Source: Eledone cirrhosa (Eukaryota). Taken from it: DNA of 64,000 nt. The DNA lies in NCBI GenBank assembly GCA_964016885.1, contig OZ024740.1, positions 194,804,001 through 194,868,000 of the forward strand, given 5' to 3'. A program made the translations under genes and the position numbers. Positions within the stretch are counted from its first letter, which is position 1. Each line of letters begins with the position of its first letter. This document shows positions 1-13,087 of the stretch, piece by piece. The notes under the pieces are model-generated. The model was given only the letters and a program-made list of their open reading frames with translations. It did no database searches and was not told where the DNA came from.

Positions 1-1191
1 TTAGGCGGACCTTCTCTTGAGAATCTGAAACACTACCAGTTGTGTCTGCTACAACACTGACAAAATAGTAAATGTCTGCTATCCGTGGATGGAATTGTGA
101 TTAAAAATATAAAACAGAAACCAAAAAAAAAAAATAAATGAAACATAAAAACAATATCGACTGTATAGAAGGACAATTTTAGAAAATTCCCTGCTCTGAA
201 AAGTGAGTAATGGAAAAATTAATATAATTGTTTCCTTCTCAATCTTTTTTTTATTGTTTACTTTTTATATAAATTTCATTCACATTCTCGAAAACAAAAA
301 TTACATTTTTGCAACAAAATGGAACCTATCTATTTAAAACAAAAATAAACAAAAAAGTAAAAATATATACATCACCTCTTGAATCTATTTAGATTCAAAT
401 GACCTTAATTCTTAGACAGAAAGAAAGAAAGTTAATTCCTATAGCACAGTAGAGTTTTTTTCTTTGAAGAATCTAAATATCACAGTTGGAGGCAATGAAT
501 ATTTTACTCTCTAAAATGGTTCTATTAGCCTTAAACCAATTGAGCCAAAATATCGAAAGTACCGAGCATCATATTGCCACTTTAGTCTTTCTCTCTTTTT
601 TCCTTATTTACTATTCCACGCTGAGAAGTATTTTAAGTGTCAGAGGCTTGTTCTAGCGACATAGCAATTTACTCGGTTTGTAACCGACAATTACTCTCCA
701 AAGTCATTTCTTTAACTTGCCCTGAGGCCAGTTACATTTAATAGGATGAATATACATGACTGTAAATCTTCTTAGTCCAACAACTTATTTTACAATCTAT
801 TTTAGCCGACACATACAATTTCAAGTAAAATGATTTGCAAGATACACAATTTCTTTTGGTGTTGGTGGATGTCGTAAAGGGTATTGGTAGATAGCACATT
901 TATTTGGTGGAGCAGTTGAAGACTCTAGTCAAAACACTAGCAAGTTTATGTTATAAAAGCATCAGAATTACTAAATATTATCATTAATCTAATATTTAAC
1001 AGAATTTTTAGAGGGACAGGCAAAATACTATGTGGCATTTGTTCTGGCTCTTTATATTCTAAGTTCAAATCCTGCTGAGGTAAACTTTGCCTTTCGTCCT
1101 TCCAGGGTCAATAAAATAAAGTACCAAGAACTGAGATTGATATAATTGACTTTGCTTTTTCCTCCAAAATTGCTAGCCTTGTGTCTAAATT

Positions 1192-1615
1192 AGATAACAG
1201 TATCTGGAAGATATGGAGTTTCATTCCTCATAGCAGCCAATGGCAACATCTATTTCCATCTTTAAGGGTCTTCACTTTTTATAAGCTATTTTATTGCATC
1301 TCCATGCATAAGCACACCATTTTGTATATTAACTTTATTCCCTCAGCGCTTCAAAAAGTCAGAGATCGACTACGTAAACACAATGTTTATTGACATTGAA
1401 AGGTTGTGGTGATTCAACTATCTAAGACAGTAAGAGTTGTCATGGTCCCTTGGCTTAATGGTTTAAAGCACCTAGACAATATCTGGGAGAGAAGGGGGTT
1501 CAATTCCTGATAGCCAATGGCAACTTCTTTTTCCATTTTTAAGTATCTTCCCCCTATTTTATAAACTATTTCATATCATCTCTACACATGAGAATGTGAC
1601 TCTTTATATTATCAT
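1192..1615. repeat. Old direct duplication of ~145 bp (1192-1335 vs 1472-1615)
   Basis: Shared TATCTGG..ATTCCT.ATAGC..CAATGGCAAC.TCT.TTTCCAT.TTTAAG..TCTTC...TTTTATAA.CTATTT. Confidence 0.7.
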
Positions 1616-3510
1616 TATTATTCAGTTCCTGTATTTTTATGATGTGCATTCATTGCATTACTGAGTTAAGCTCTGTATGCCTTGGATATGTGCAGTGTTT
1701 TGATTTGGAGTTACTATTTCTATAGTATTAAAAGTAGTTTACATGTGTGTAGTACCGAATAGTGTTATTATCGGTATGTTGTGCATACTTGTAGGCCAGA
1801 TTAGCAAATGCCAGGCCATCTCAAACAGCCCAGCCAAGGCAATGCAAGCTTATTTCATCCAAGTTGAGGTGAAATCAGCTCAGTCTGACCATAATGATAT
1901 CAGGCTCTCTCCTACCCTGTGCAAAATAAAAAATAAAGAAAAAACATCCAAACTACTTGCTCAGAGCAAGCCAACTCAGTTCAGTATATTCAAGTCCAGG
2001 CCAGTCAGATTAGCTGAAAGCAGTCCAACCAGGTTAGCTGAAGGCAGTTCAACTATGATCTGCTCAGCTCTGGCCACCCTAGTGGAGGCCAAACTATCTC
2101 ATGTAAACCAGATGAGATCAAACCAGCCCACTAACTCAGATGGGCTAGATCATCTCCTCAATAAAGCATAGCCAAGATCTGGACAGGCCAGCTCTAATCA
2201 ACCAAGTAAAGGGCAGGGTAATATATGCCAATCCAGCCAAACTAATCAGTAAGCCTAGCTGAAACTGTCCCAGCCAATGTCAGTTCATCTCAGAACAACT
2301 CTGGTATGGTGCACTTATATGGGGCTCTAAGAGATTAGACTAGTAACACCAACCAGTCTAGCTAACACCAGATCAGTTCATGACAGATCAGCTAAGTCAA
2401 GGACAGGCAGTACATCTATGGCAAGGGAACATGCCAGTCAACTGAAACTGGCTCTGCTAAGGACAACCTACCTAGTCAGGATAGCTCAGGTCTTACAAGA
2501 TGAGAGGAAGCTAGCCTTTTCAGACCAGAGCAACCAATGCCATCCCAAGTCAGGTAACCCCAGCCAACTGAGGCTAACTAGATAAAGTCAGGGTAACTGA
2601 ACTCAACCTAGCTAAGTCCAGGTAGCCTAAGCAAAGACACACTGGCCCAGGGTAGTCTTTCCAAGGCCAGGGCAATTTAGGCCAACATACTCAATGTTAA
2701 AACATCTTAGATCAGCCTTACCTATCATCCCAGCTGAAGCCAGACCAATTCAAATCAACACAGTCCAGCCATTCCACCAACCTAACAAAATTAATAAATC
2801 ATCAGGTCAGGCGCCTGTCTGTTACCTGTTTCATGGTTGAGTGGTCGGCAATTAAACTGGCTTCCCCACCAGACCCTGGTCTGATGAAGAAGGTAAGTGG
2901 AATGCTCGTCATCATCGTAGTGGTAGTAGTAGTAGAACCAGCAGAAACAGCCGAAGATGAGGAGGATGCAATTGCTGCTGCTTGTTGTTAATGATGATGA
3001 TAATGATGGTATTGACAATTATGATGATGACAACAACAATGATCACAAAGAATTTAAGGAATATTCTCTCTCCCCCTCTACCATCACTTTCCCTTTCAAA
3101 ACCATGCTACTTATATGAAAATATCCTTCTTTTACAACTACGAATTATAGTTATCTCCAGATGTTTGGTTAAGATAAAGTTTATGTATAAAGAAATATAA
3201 AATAGAAACAAGCTAACATCTTAAGGATTTAATAAAAATCTATATAAACTAAAATCAATGAATTTTATGATAACTAAAAAAAAAAGGAAATAAAAATTTT
3301 TTAAGGAAAATAAAACTTTTTTATTCTCTTTTTTTTCTCTTGCCACCTTTTTTGATCTTCAAGTAATTTATTTCAGTGTGAAAATAAAAATAACAAATCA
3401 ATTTATTTTTATAATTTATTTTTATTAATTTATTCTATATTACTTCACTTAATTTATTATGTATTTTTTATATTTCTCTCTTTTTTTCTTTTTTAAAGAT
3501 TATTTTGGGA

Positions 3511-3663
3511 TCAAAATTTCGAGACTGCCAGCAAAATGTTCTTCAAAGCAGATTTTGCCTCAGATGCTTCAAATATATCTAAGGCTTCCAAAGCCTTTTG
3601 TTTGAATTCTCGTGATTGTTCTTTGCACTCTGTCAGTGTTTTCTCATCTATCAGGTTTAGAAC
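3511..3663 (-). CDS. PDSS2: Terminal coding exon of all-trans-polyprenyl (decaprenyl) diphosphate synthase subunit 2
   Basis: Strong acceptor on minus strand (ttctgttttctttttctttttctttag|GTT), phase 0, 50 codons then TGA: VLNLIDEKTLTECKEQSREFKQKALEALDIFEASEAKSALKNILLAVSKF*. Matches the recalled vertebrate PDSS2 C-terminus ([29 protein letters not shown]). Below the ORF-track length cutoff. Confidence 0.9.
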   Translation of the reverse strand, partial: VLNLIDEKTLTECKEQSREFKQKALEALDIFEASEAKSALKNILLAVSKF

Positions 3664-3950
3664 CTAAAGAAAAAGAAAAAGAAAACAGAAGAAATAAGTA
3701 AACAACAACAACAACAGCAGAATCAATAATAATAATGGTTTCTAATTTCGGCACAAGGTCAGCAATTTGGGGTGAAGGAGGGAACAGTTGATTACATTAA
3801 CTTCAGTAGGTGACTAATATAGACCCTGGAAGGATGAAAGGCAAAGTTGACCTTGGCAGAATTTGAACTCAGAAGGTAAAGAACTAGAATAAATACTGCG
3901 AAGCATTTGTTGAATGTTTTAACAATCCTGCTAATCCATTGATCTATTAA

Positions 3951-4172
3951 CCCTTTAGCATTTAAACCAGCTGTATCTGGCCAAAATTCTCTGGCTTCTT
4001 TCTGTTCAAACTGGCTGTAACCAGCCACTCACAATGATGTTAAGATATTGTTTTCAAGACAAATAATATCAAAATCTCATATATTTGATATTATGTAAGA
4101 TAACTATGTGTGGCAAAGCCTTTAACATTAAAAATATAATAGTATATTTAGAGTAATGTGAATGCTAAAGGG
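3951..4172. mobile_element. piggyBac-type MITE
   Basis: TTAA|CCCTTTAGCATT...AATGCTAAAGGG|TAAA; second copy at 28510-28722. Confidence 0.75.
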
Positions 4173-6124
4173 TAAAAGATTTTCTAATAGAAGCACAAGG
4201 CCTTAAATTTAGTAGGGAGGGAATAAATGATCATACAGACCACAGAATTTGATGATAAACGTCTGGCACTCTACCTTTTTTGTTAATCCATCACTATAAT
4301 AATCATAATGGTTTTTAATTTAGGCACAAGGCAAGAAATTTGGGGGAGGTGGTGGGATGAGTCAATTACACTGATCCAGGGGGATAATAATATTAATAAT
4401 TGTTTCTACTTTAGGTACACGGCCAGCATTTTTTGGGGGAGGAAAAAGTCGATTAAATCGACCCCGTAAATTGACCCCTGTAAGGATGAAAGACAAAGCT
4501 AATTTCGGCAGGATTGGAACTTAGAACTTTAAAGGGCCATAAACTCTATGCTACTAAACATGTTGTCCGACGCTCTACTGAGTCTGCCAAAGACAGTTTT
4601 GCAGAGAGAGAACATTCACTTATATTGATACTTTATTTTATCAGACCCTATAAAATAAAAACAAAGATAACTTTGTCAGGATTTGAACACAACACAAAGG
4701 AATGTGACTAGCATTTTACCAATTCTACCCCACCACCATGAAAAAGATATACAATGAAATGAAAAAGCTAAAATAATTACGAATAACATATCTTTAGAAT
4801 TTTAAAAATAGCAATGAAATGAAAGGTTGGACTAACTAATATGATGAAACAATGGCATGTAATGTTACAATTATTAGCTTTTGTGAATGAAATAATTTTC
4901 ACATATAAAGAAGGAAGTAAAAAAAAGAAAATAGGAAAAACAAATCGACAAACAGTTAATTGCTCATTTTAATGTAATTTTGAAATTTAAGAAAAACAAT
5001 TTAAACAAAAGCTGTACAGAAACAAGGAAAACAAAAATATATATATTAATTTTATATATATATTATATGTGTTATATATATATATATTATATGTATTATA
5101 TATATATATATATTATATGTATTATATATATATATATATTATACGTATTATATATATATATATTATATGTATTATAATATATATATATTATATGTATTAT
5201 AATATATATATTATATGTATTATAATATATATATATATATATATGTATTATATATATAATATATATATATGTATTATTTATATGTATATGTACTATTTAT
5301 ATATATATGTATATGTACTATTTATACATACATACATATTTACATACATTACATACATACATCCAGTAAAGAGGAATTATATACAATATGATTCAATAGA
5401 GATGAGAAATATTTTTTGTTTGTTTACTTTATCTGAATGTACTTGGAATTCTATGTATGATTCTATCTAAGTGTTTCTGTTATTGTTGTTATTGTTGTTG
5501 CTGTTTTGTGTAAAACAAGTCTTGTGAAATGATAATCAGGAAATGGGGAAGGTTTTCTACAGAGGATATTTGTTAGAACATAGAAAGGAATATAAAAGAA
5601 CATAATAGAATGTGACTTTAATCATTGAGAAAAGGAAATTTTCACTCTTAAATGTTTAAATATATTTAGATGTATGTGTGTCTGTCTGAATGTGTATATT
5701 TGTTTATATGTGTGCTATATGCATGTGTGAGTCTGTGTTTGTGTGTGTGTATCATTAGTTATGCATTCATTTGAAATGGCAAGAGCTACTATTTAAAATA
5801 AAGTACTCAATACATGAAGTAGAATTGATATGGTATTGTATGGTCCCGTAATACCTGATGGAATCATATGGGTGCCATTGTGACATATGGCATTTCTTGG
5901 GCATTTTAAGACGGGAAGAACACAATCCTTTCCTGGTCTGACCAAAGAAGATTTCTTCCACAGAAGGATTGGTAGTTTTTTATCAACTTCGAAAGGATGA
6001 AAGGCAAAGTTGACCTCAAAATCAATATATTTTCATTTATTAAATTAATGACCTTTACAGGACTAGTTTTTTTTTTTTTCTATCTCTCTAGTTCTACATG
6101 AGGCGTTAACTTTTTGTTACCAAA

Positions 6125-6366
6125 CAGTTGCTAGAACTTGCAGGTCATATTATGAGAAGCAACAAACCTGCTACACAACTTTTACTATGGGAGCCCCCTA
6201 ATGTGAAACGCAAACATGGAAGACCTCTCAAGACATTAAAGAGTGCCATTGAAGAAGATACAGAATTATCCGGTGAAGAACTGAGGCAGTTAATATTAGA
6301 TCATGTGAGATGAAAAGGTTTTATCATGTGACCACAAAGAAATTGGATGAATTTAGTAGTAGTAGT
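6125..6366 (+). mobile_element. RTE/RTE-X LINE 3' fragment
   Basis: LAGHIMR..QLLLWEP..RKHGRP..T; (TAG)n tail. Confidence 0.7.
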
Positions 6367-6544
6367 ATACTTTTACTACATTTACTCATAGCCTTAGTAA
6401 GATAACCTATATGGAAGAAACTATCAACATCTAATAAACCACTAAAGCAGTCTGGAGGCATTATACCTTAATCAAAGACATAGATGATCACATCTTAAAC
6501 ACATTTTATCTTAGGTCTACACAATCATGGCTGACCTTGAGTAA

Positions 6545-7395
6545 TAATTGTTTCTATTTTAGGCACAAGGCCAGCAATTACCCAGTACATTACTGGTACT
6601 TTATTTTATCGACCCCCATAAGGATGAAAGGCAAAGTTAACCTCGGCAGGATTTGAACTCAGATCGTAAAGGGACGTAACTATGCTGGAAAGCATATCCG
6701 ACCCTCTACCAATACTGCAAAAAATACAAAAAAAACAAAACAACAACAGCTGCTGCCACCACCACTACTACTACTAGGCAGGATTTGGAATCAGAACGTA
6801 AAGGGCCATAATAAAGTATTTTTGTCCAATGCTCTACTGACTCAACCAATCTACTGCCCTCAAATCAACCCATAACAATAACAACAACAATGGTTTCTGA
6901 TTTAAGCACAAGGCCAACAATTTTGGGAAAAGGAAAGTCAATTAAATCAACCCCAATGTATTATTGGTACTTTATTTTATCGACCCTGTATAGATGAAAG
7001 GCAAAACTAACCCTGGCGCGATTTGAACTCAAAACGTAGAGGGCCGTACCTCTGTGCCACAAAGCATGTCGTCCAATGCCATACTGATACTGTCAATCTA
7101 ATGCTCCAACAATAATCTTATATATAATAATGGGAGGAGTGCAGAACTATGCCCTGTTCATATCTTTTATCCCATTAGTAAAATAAGTTGGATTACATTG
7201 AATAAATAATTGTTTCTACTTTAGGCACAAGGCCAGCAATCACCCAGTGCATTACTGGTACTTTATTTTATCGACCCCGTAAGGATGAAAGGCAAAGTCA
7301 ACCTCGGCGGGATTTGAACTCAGATCATAAAGGGACGTAACTATGCTGGAAAGCATGGCGTCCGACCCTCTACCGATACTCCCAATCCACCAATT
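6545..7395 (-). mobile_element. Run of 3-4 copies of the most abundant SINE family
   Basis: Consensus ..TGAGTTCAAATCC.GCCGAGGT.AACTTTGCCTTTCATCCTT..GGGGTCGATAAAATAAAGTACCAG..GCTGGCCTTGTGCC.AAA.TAGAAAC. Further copies near 1010, 3735, 4400, 12130, 12850, 13505, 15035, 15225, 34590, 36830-37120, 40112, 40730, 47150, 54410, 55375 and 57960. Confidence 0.85.
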
Positions 7396-8204
7396 GAATA
7401 AATAATGAAGGAATATTACATAATTTATCTACTAAATTTCATAACTCTTGATTAAACATAAATAATGTTGTTGCTTATTTCAAGAGTCATTTCTGTTAAT
7501 AGTTTCAAATTTCAACAATTCCGGTATATCGCCTCCACCACCACTTCAACTACCATATATATAGATAGAGCAATAAAGAAACACAGAGATACAGATAGAT
7601 AGAATGACTATGTGACAGATATATATACATATATATATATATAGAGAGAGAGAGTGAAAGTACAGATAAAGAGATTAGGATTTTTTTCAACACACTGACA
7701 TGTATGTGTGTGCATATACATTTATATGTATGAGTATATAACTATAATCACGGAAACACAATCCTTACAAAAATACACACTCATGGACATACATTCACAC
7801 AAATATACATACATTCACACAAACACACACACATACACATGCAGTCACACACAGCATGATAGCAGCGTTCAATAAATTTGGAAATGGGAGGATAAAATGA
7901 AGTATAACTTTTTATTTATTCTTAACAACTCAGTTTATCTTTTTTTTAACTTATTTGTTGTTACAGGTTTATTCACAGTTGTGTAAAAATATTATAATAT
8001 AATGGTTACAGAATGAAAACACAAACAAATATAATATATACAAAGGAAAGTGAAAGGAAAAAAGAAAGAGAAAAAACACACAAGCAGGTAATACACACAT
8101 CTAGAACCACATACAACGAAAGACAGTCAAAAGGGGTGGACAAACGAGCCAGTGTCAGAACAAAAGATAACAATATAACGAGGAGCACTGGGAAACCTCT
8201 CTAA

Positions 8205-8580
8205 TAATTTTTTAGGCAAGCCAGCATGCTCACAGCATTACCTCGGGTGATGGCGAGGCTGAGATGCTAAAACAACCAAATGCATTCATGAGCATCACCA
8301 GTTACCTTGGTGAGGAGAGACGCCAGTGAAGATAAAAACCTTGCTGTCAGTAGCCCGACTCTCCCAAACGTCTTCAATGTCACAGGCTGCAAAATGTAGT
8401 TGGCCGACAGATCACAGTATTTTAGGATTTTGTTCCGTTCAGCTGAGGATGCTGTAGCTCTTGCCCTTACCGCTGCATCCAGGATGTAGGAAGAAGCAAA
8501 AGAGTCACTAACTGTGACGTCCCAGATAAGATACCTGCCTCTTGACCAGGGGCACAAGGTAAGACCATCAATTCTGGACA
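8205..8580 (-). mobile_element. CRE-like non-LTR retrotransposon restriction-like endonuclease remnant
   Basis: DGLTLCPWSRGRYLIWDVTVSDSFASSY..AERNKILKY..LF*HLSLAITRGNA; related fossils at ~16500-16700 (-) and ~39915-40105 (-). Confidence 0.75.
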
Positions 8581-8744
8581 ACACAAAATTGAGGGGATGT
8601 TTGCCCGGGCCAAAGCTCTTAAGTGCTAACAGGACAGTGTATGTATGTGCGTGCACGTGAGTTTGTCTGTGTTCTTAAATTAGAGACGTGCATGTGTGTG
8701 TCACCGCTTTTAATTTAGAGACATATATATGTGTGACAGATGGA

Positions 8745-9397
8745 TGGACAGAAGCTCCTCAAATTGTTATACATGTGGATGGAGTTCTACTGAAGCAGTT
8801 AGAGAAGTTCAAGTATCTCGGAGCCAGGTTCAAGAGTGATGGAACGCAGGAGGTTGAATTAAGTGCAAGAATTGAAAAAGCTAATGCAGTAAGGCAGCAG
8901 CTTCAGCATTCAGTAATCATAAGAAGGGAGGTAGGTGTAAAAGCCAAACTCTTTGTCTTCCTGGGATTCCTGCCAACCCTTATTGAGGGTCATGAATTTT
9001 GGGTAATGACCAAAAGAATACAATCACAAATACAAGCGGCAGAAAAGGGGTTTGTCCAAAGGATCTATGGAGTAATGTTACTGGATAAAGTGCATAGCTC
9101 GGAGATCAGAGAGTCACTCCTGGTAGAGCCGCTACTTCTCTGGATTGAGAGATCACAGCTCCAATACTATGGAAATAAGGTTAGAATGTCTCAGGAAAGA
9201 ATCGCTGGACAGATTTTACAGGCAAAACACAACCGGCAAGAGACCCTGAGCAAGATAGTTGGATAATATCCATGAGCTTAGCTGGTCATGCTGGATCAGT
9301 TAGAGATGTTTGCTTCTGACAGACTCACTGGAAGGAGTGTTTGAGAAGGATTCTGCTCTCACAACCCTCTCAGAAATAAGTGGGTGAAGAAGAAGAT
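8745..9397 (+). mobile_element. Expander/Rex3-like RTE LINE 3' fragment
   Basis: ORF 8688-9266 EKFKYLG..PTLIEGHEFWVMTKRIQSQIQAAE..VEPLLLWIERSQLQYYG; (GAA)n tail. Confidence 0.85.
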
Positions 9398-11054
9398 ATT
9401 GTCAATTAACTTATATTTATATTTGCATTAAATACCAATATGCATACTACATATGCTAGCAGAAAACCACCCAAAGGGCAGTTCTTCTGGTAGTAATAAT
9501 TTAAAGCACCAGTAATGTACAAGGGTAATTTCTGGCCTTGTGCCAAAAGCTGAAACAATTATTCTATCTCACAGAATAGCTAAATTGAAAAAAAAAAGAA
9601 TTCATCAGTGTGAAAATATTACAATAAAGTATATACACACTTGTAATCAGTTCTCAGTTTAGAATAGCTATACGCAGCATGGAACATTCAATTTATATTT
9701 ACATTTACAACTTGGTGCTGTTGAAATATTCTAATACATACTGAGACTGGCAAACATCAAAAGGTCTAAAGTAGAGTGCCATTTGTCAACACCTGACTAT
9801 ATATAAAACTGTTGACTGAGTTACTATTATTACAGCATTCTGCTCTATTCAAGCACACTTATGTCATTAAATTATAAATGGCAACAGGTAAAGGTGTTGC
9901 AACCATTAATAAAATCTTACCTATTGATCTGTAAAGACATAAAATATAAATGTTATCTACATTTCTGTTCTTTGTTTCTAGTTTTGTTTTTGTCTTGTAT
10001 TGTCTTTTTTGTGATTTTCTTTGCTAATTTTTTTTTTTTTTTTTTTTTCTAGCACACAGATAAATAACCTAGTTATGATGCAAAATTTAGTTTTTAAACT
10101 TAATAAGTATGAGATTAGTGCCAAGAAATTTTCTTTTCTTTCTATCTCTCTCCTTCACCTCACCTCAGTGAGTGATAAGTAGATAGACTGACAGCTAAAT
10201 ATATAGAAAGAAAGAGAAAAAGAAAAAGGAACTGGTGTGCAGCGGCAAGGAAAGGAGAAACCCTACAAAATACCAAGAGAATTTTCTAGTTCTGCATTCA
10301 TAAATGTCACCTCCCTCTCTCTCCTTCCCTCATTCCACTCCTCCTTTCGAGAAGCCTCTCTTCAGTTATTATGGTCTTATTGGCAACTATCGATGAAATT
10401 GAGGTGCAAAGCTGATTTATTATGAGTCAAGTTGGAAAGTTAGTAAAATTGTGAATTGCTCGTCAAACATTAATCAAAGTAGTGAAAGAAATCGGGTAAA
10501 AACTGCCTTGCCTCTCATAAAATATTACATGCATATTTATTGATCAATTTATATTCTACAATATATGTGTGTACTTATGTGTCTATGTGTGCTGTATTTT
10601 TTATGTATGTGATTTTGTGTGTTGTATATATATATGTATATGTGAAGTGTTATGTATATACGTAGGTATATGAGATGTGTTGTGTAAGTGTATTTGTGTG
10701 TGTGTGTGCATATTTTTTTCTGTGTTGTGTGCAACTATAGCTTAACTAAATCTTCATATTCAGAACTTCTAAAGAAGTTAAATACTGGTGTTCTTGTGTA
10801 GCGCACCAGTCAGAACAACCAAAGCAAATACAAATAAACAAAGTATTCAAGTGAACAAGGGATTCGAAGGTTGCTAGAGATCCTAGCTAACAAGAAATCT
10901 GAGCCAACAAAAGATCAGCCTAACCAATAAGAGAGGCTCTATATAGTTGTTTAATCTTCTAGAAATAGCAGCCATAACTCCTTTACATCACATCACAAAT
11001 TACCATCTTTAAAAAATACAAAACAATATGGGTATAATAGACATATATATATAT

Positions 11055-11921
11055 ATCATCATCATCATCGTTTTATGTCCGTTATTCCATGCTAGCATGG
11101 GTTAGACGGGTTGTCCTGTTGTGGGCAGTGTCCAGTTGGCTGACCTTGTCATGCTCATACAGAAACTGATTCTGGCTTGATTTCTACAGCTGGATGCCCT
11201 TCCTAACACCAACCTCATTTACAGTGAGTGCTGGGTGCATTTTTCCGTGGCGCCTACACGTCCACTTTACAGAGTGGGCTGAGTGCTTTTTTGCTGTGGC
11301 ACCTCCACGACCACTTTGCAGTGGGAGGGTGTGGGGGCATATTGTCTATATGCTTCAGCTTCAGCTTGTTCCTGAGGGAGGTCGGGTCTTCTGTATTACT
11401 GCGTGACACCAAAGGTCACGGCCGTGTGCCATTGCTCTTGAGAGGTGCGATTGGGTAAGGTCGGCCTTTATCACCTCATCCCAGGTCTTCTTGGGTCTCC
11501 CCACTCCATCGACTTCTAGTGCTCTGCACCTTTTTGTGCAGCTGTCATCCTTCAGACGCATCATGAGTCCATACCAACGTAACCTCCTCTCCTGCACACA
11601 GAATTTGATTCCTCTGATGATCAGTCTCTCTCTCAATTCGTTTATACTTTGCTGTTCACGTATATTACTATTACACATCCATCGGAGTATGCAGGCTTTG
11701 TTTCTTTCTAATCTGCACAAGTCTTCAATAGACAGCGCCCAGGTCTCACTACCATGTAACATTGCCGTTCGTATACACGCATCATACAGTCTGCCTTTCA
11801 TTTTGAGGGAAAAGCCTTTTGCAGCTAGCAATAGCAGTAGCTCCCTGAACTTCTTCCATCCCGTTCTTACCCTAGCTATTGTACATTCCGAACACCCACC
11901 TCCGCTGCTAATTCGGTCACC
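11055..11921 (-). mobile_element. 5'-truncated RTE LINE (second subfamily)
   Basis: ORF 11361-11831 KGRLYDAC..HGSETW..RRLRWYG; (GAT)n tail; TA flanks. Confidence 0.92.
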
Positions 11922-11942
11922 TATATGTATATATATATATAT

Positions 11943-12535
11943 ATTTATTAAAATAACAGATTAAATTTTAAGCAAAGAGCGTGAAACTAATAAACCTTTG
12001 TTCGTACTGCCTCTCTGTTTTGTTCCCGTTCAATTTTTCACTATACATATATATATATATTTATTAAAATAACAGATTAAAGTTTAAGCAAAGAATCACA
12101 GCGATTCTTTGTTAAACTTTAATCTGTTATTTATTTTATCTACCCCATAAGGATGAAAGGCAAAGTTAACCACGGTGGTATTTGAACTCAGATCGTAACT
12201 ACGATGGAAAGCATGTCAGACCCTCTACCAATACTGCCAATTCACCGCCCATAATATATATCAAATATATATCAAATATATAAGAACTGTAGAGCAAATA
12301 TTTATTAAAATAACAGATTAAAGTTTAAGCAAAGAATCGCTGCGATTCTTTTCTTAAACTTTAATCTGTTATTTTAATAAATATTTACTCTACAGTTCTT
12401 ATATATTTGATATATATTTATCCTTCTTATTATAGTTCTTATATATTATTACAGTTCTTATATATTTGATATATATTTATCCCTCTTTGGATTTTTGTCT
12501 TCAAATTTTATTATTTTTACTATATATATATATAT
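11943..12535. mobile_element. Cluster of fold-back copies of a TA-targeting element (TTATTAAAATAACAGATTAAAGTTTAAGCAAAGAATCGC family)
   Basis: Half copy at ~11943, hairpin ~12062-12131, hairpin ~12265-12420 centred on GAATCGC-T-GCGATTC, then 3' tail to ~12530. Confidence 0.75.
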
Positions 12536-12539
12536 TTAT

Positions 12540-12746
12540 ATACGAACAGCAATGTTACATGGCAGTGAGACCTGGGCATTGTGTGCAGAGGATATACGCA
12601 GACTGGAGAGGAATGAAGCTTGCATGCTCCGCCAGACAGTCCTATGCGAGCAGGACAACCAATCTTGCCTCAAGTGGTAAAACTCCCGTCCAAACCCATG
12701 CTAGCGTGGAAGATGGACGTTAAACGATGATGATGATGATGATGAT
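12540..12746 (+). mobile_element. RTE LINE fragment with internal deletion
   Basis: ORF piece RTAMLHGSETWALCAEDIRRLERNEACMLR joined at CCGC to the distal 3'UTR and (GAT)n tail. Confidence 0.9.
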
Positions 12747-12783
12747 ATACTGCAGCTACCATCTTCAATTTATACCTATTATC

Positions 12784-12817
<34 letters not shown>

Positions 12818-13028
12818 TGCAGCTACCACTTCAATTTAAACCTATTATTATTATGGGCGGTGAATTGGCAGTATCGGTAGAGGGTCGGACATGCTTTCCA
12901 TCATAGTTACGATCTGAGTTCAAATCCCACCGTGGTTAACTTTGCCTTTTATCCTTATGGGGTAGATAAAATAAAGTACCAGTAATGTACTGGGTAATTG
13001 CTGGCCCTGAGCCAAAAGTAGAAACAAT

Positions 13029-13087
<59 letters not shown>

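Noticed and set aside
1743-2171. 142-aa ORF
   Set aside because: Lies in a low-complexity periodic tract with no recognisable domain or splice context.
10330-10370. Minus-strand CUGAAGA-GAG-GCUU-CUC-GAAA hammerhead core
   Set aside because: No stem I or stem III partner in any topology; treated as chance.
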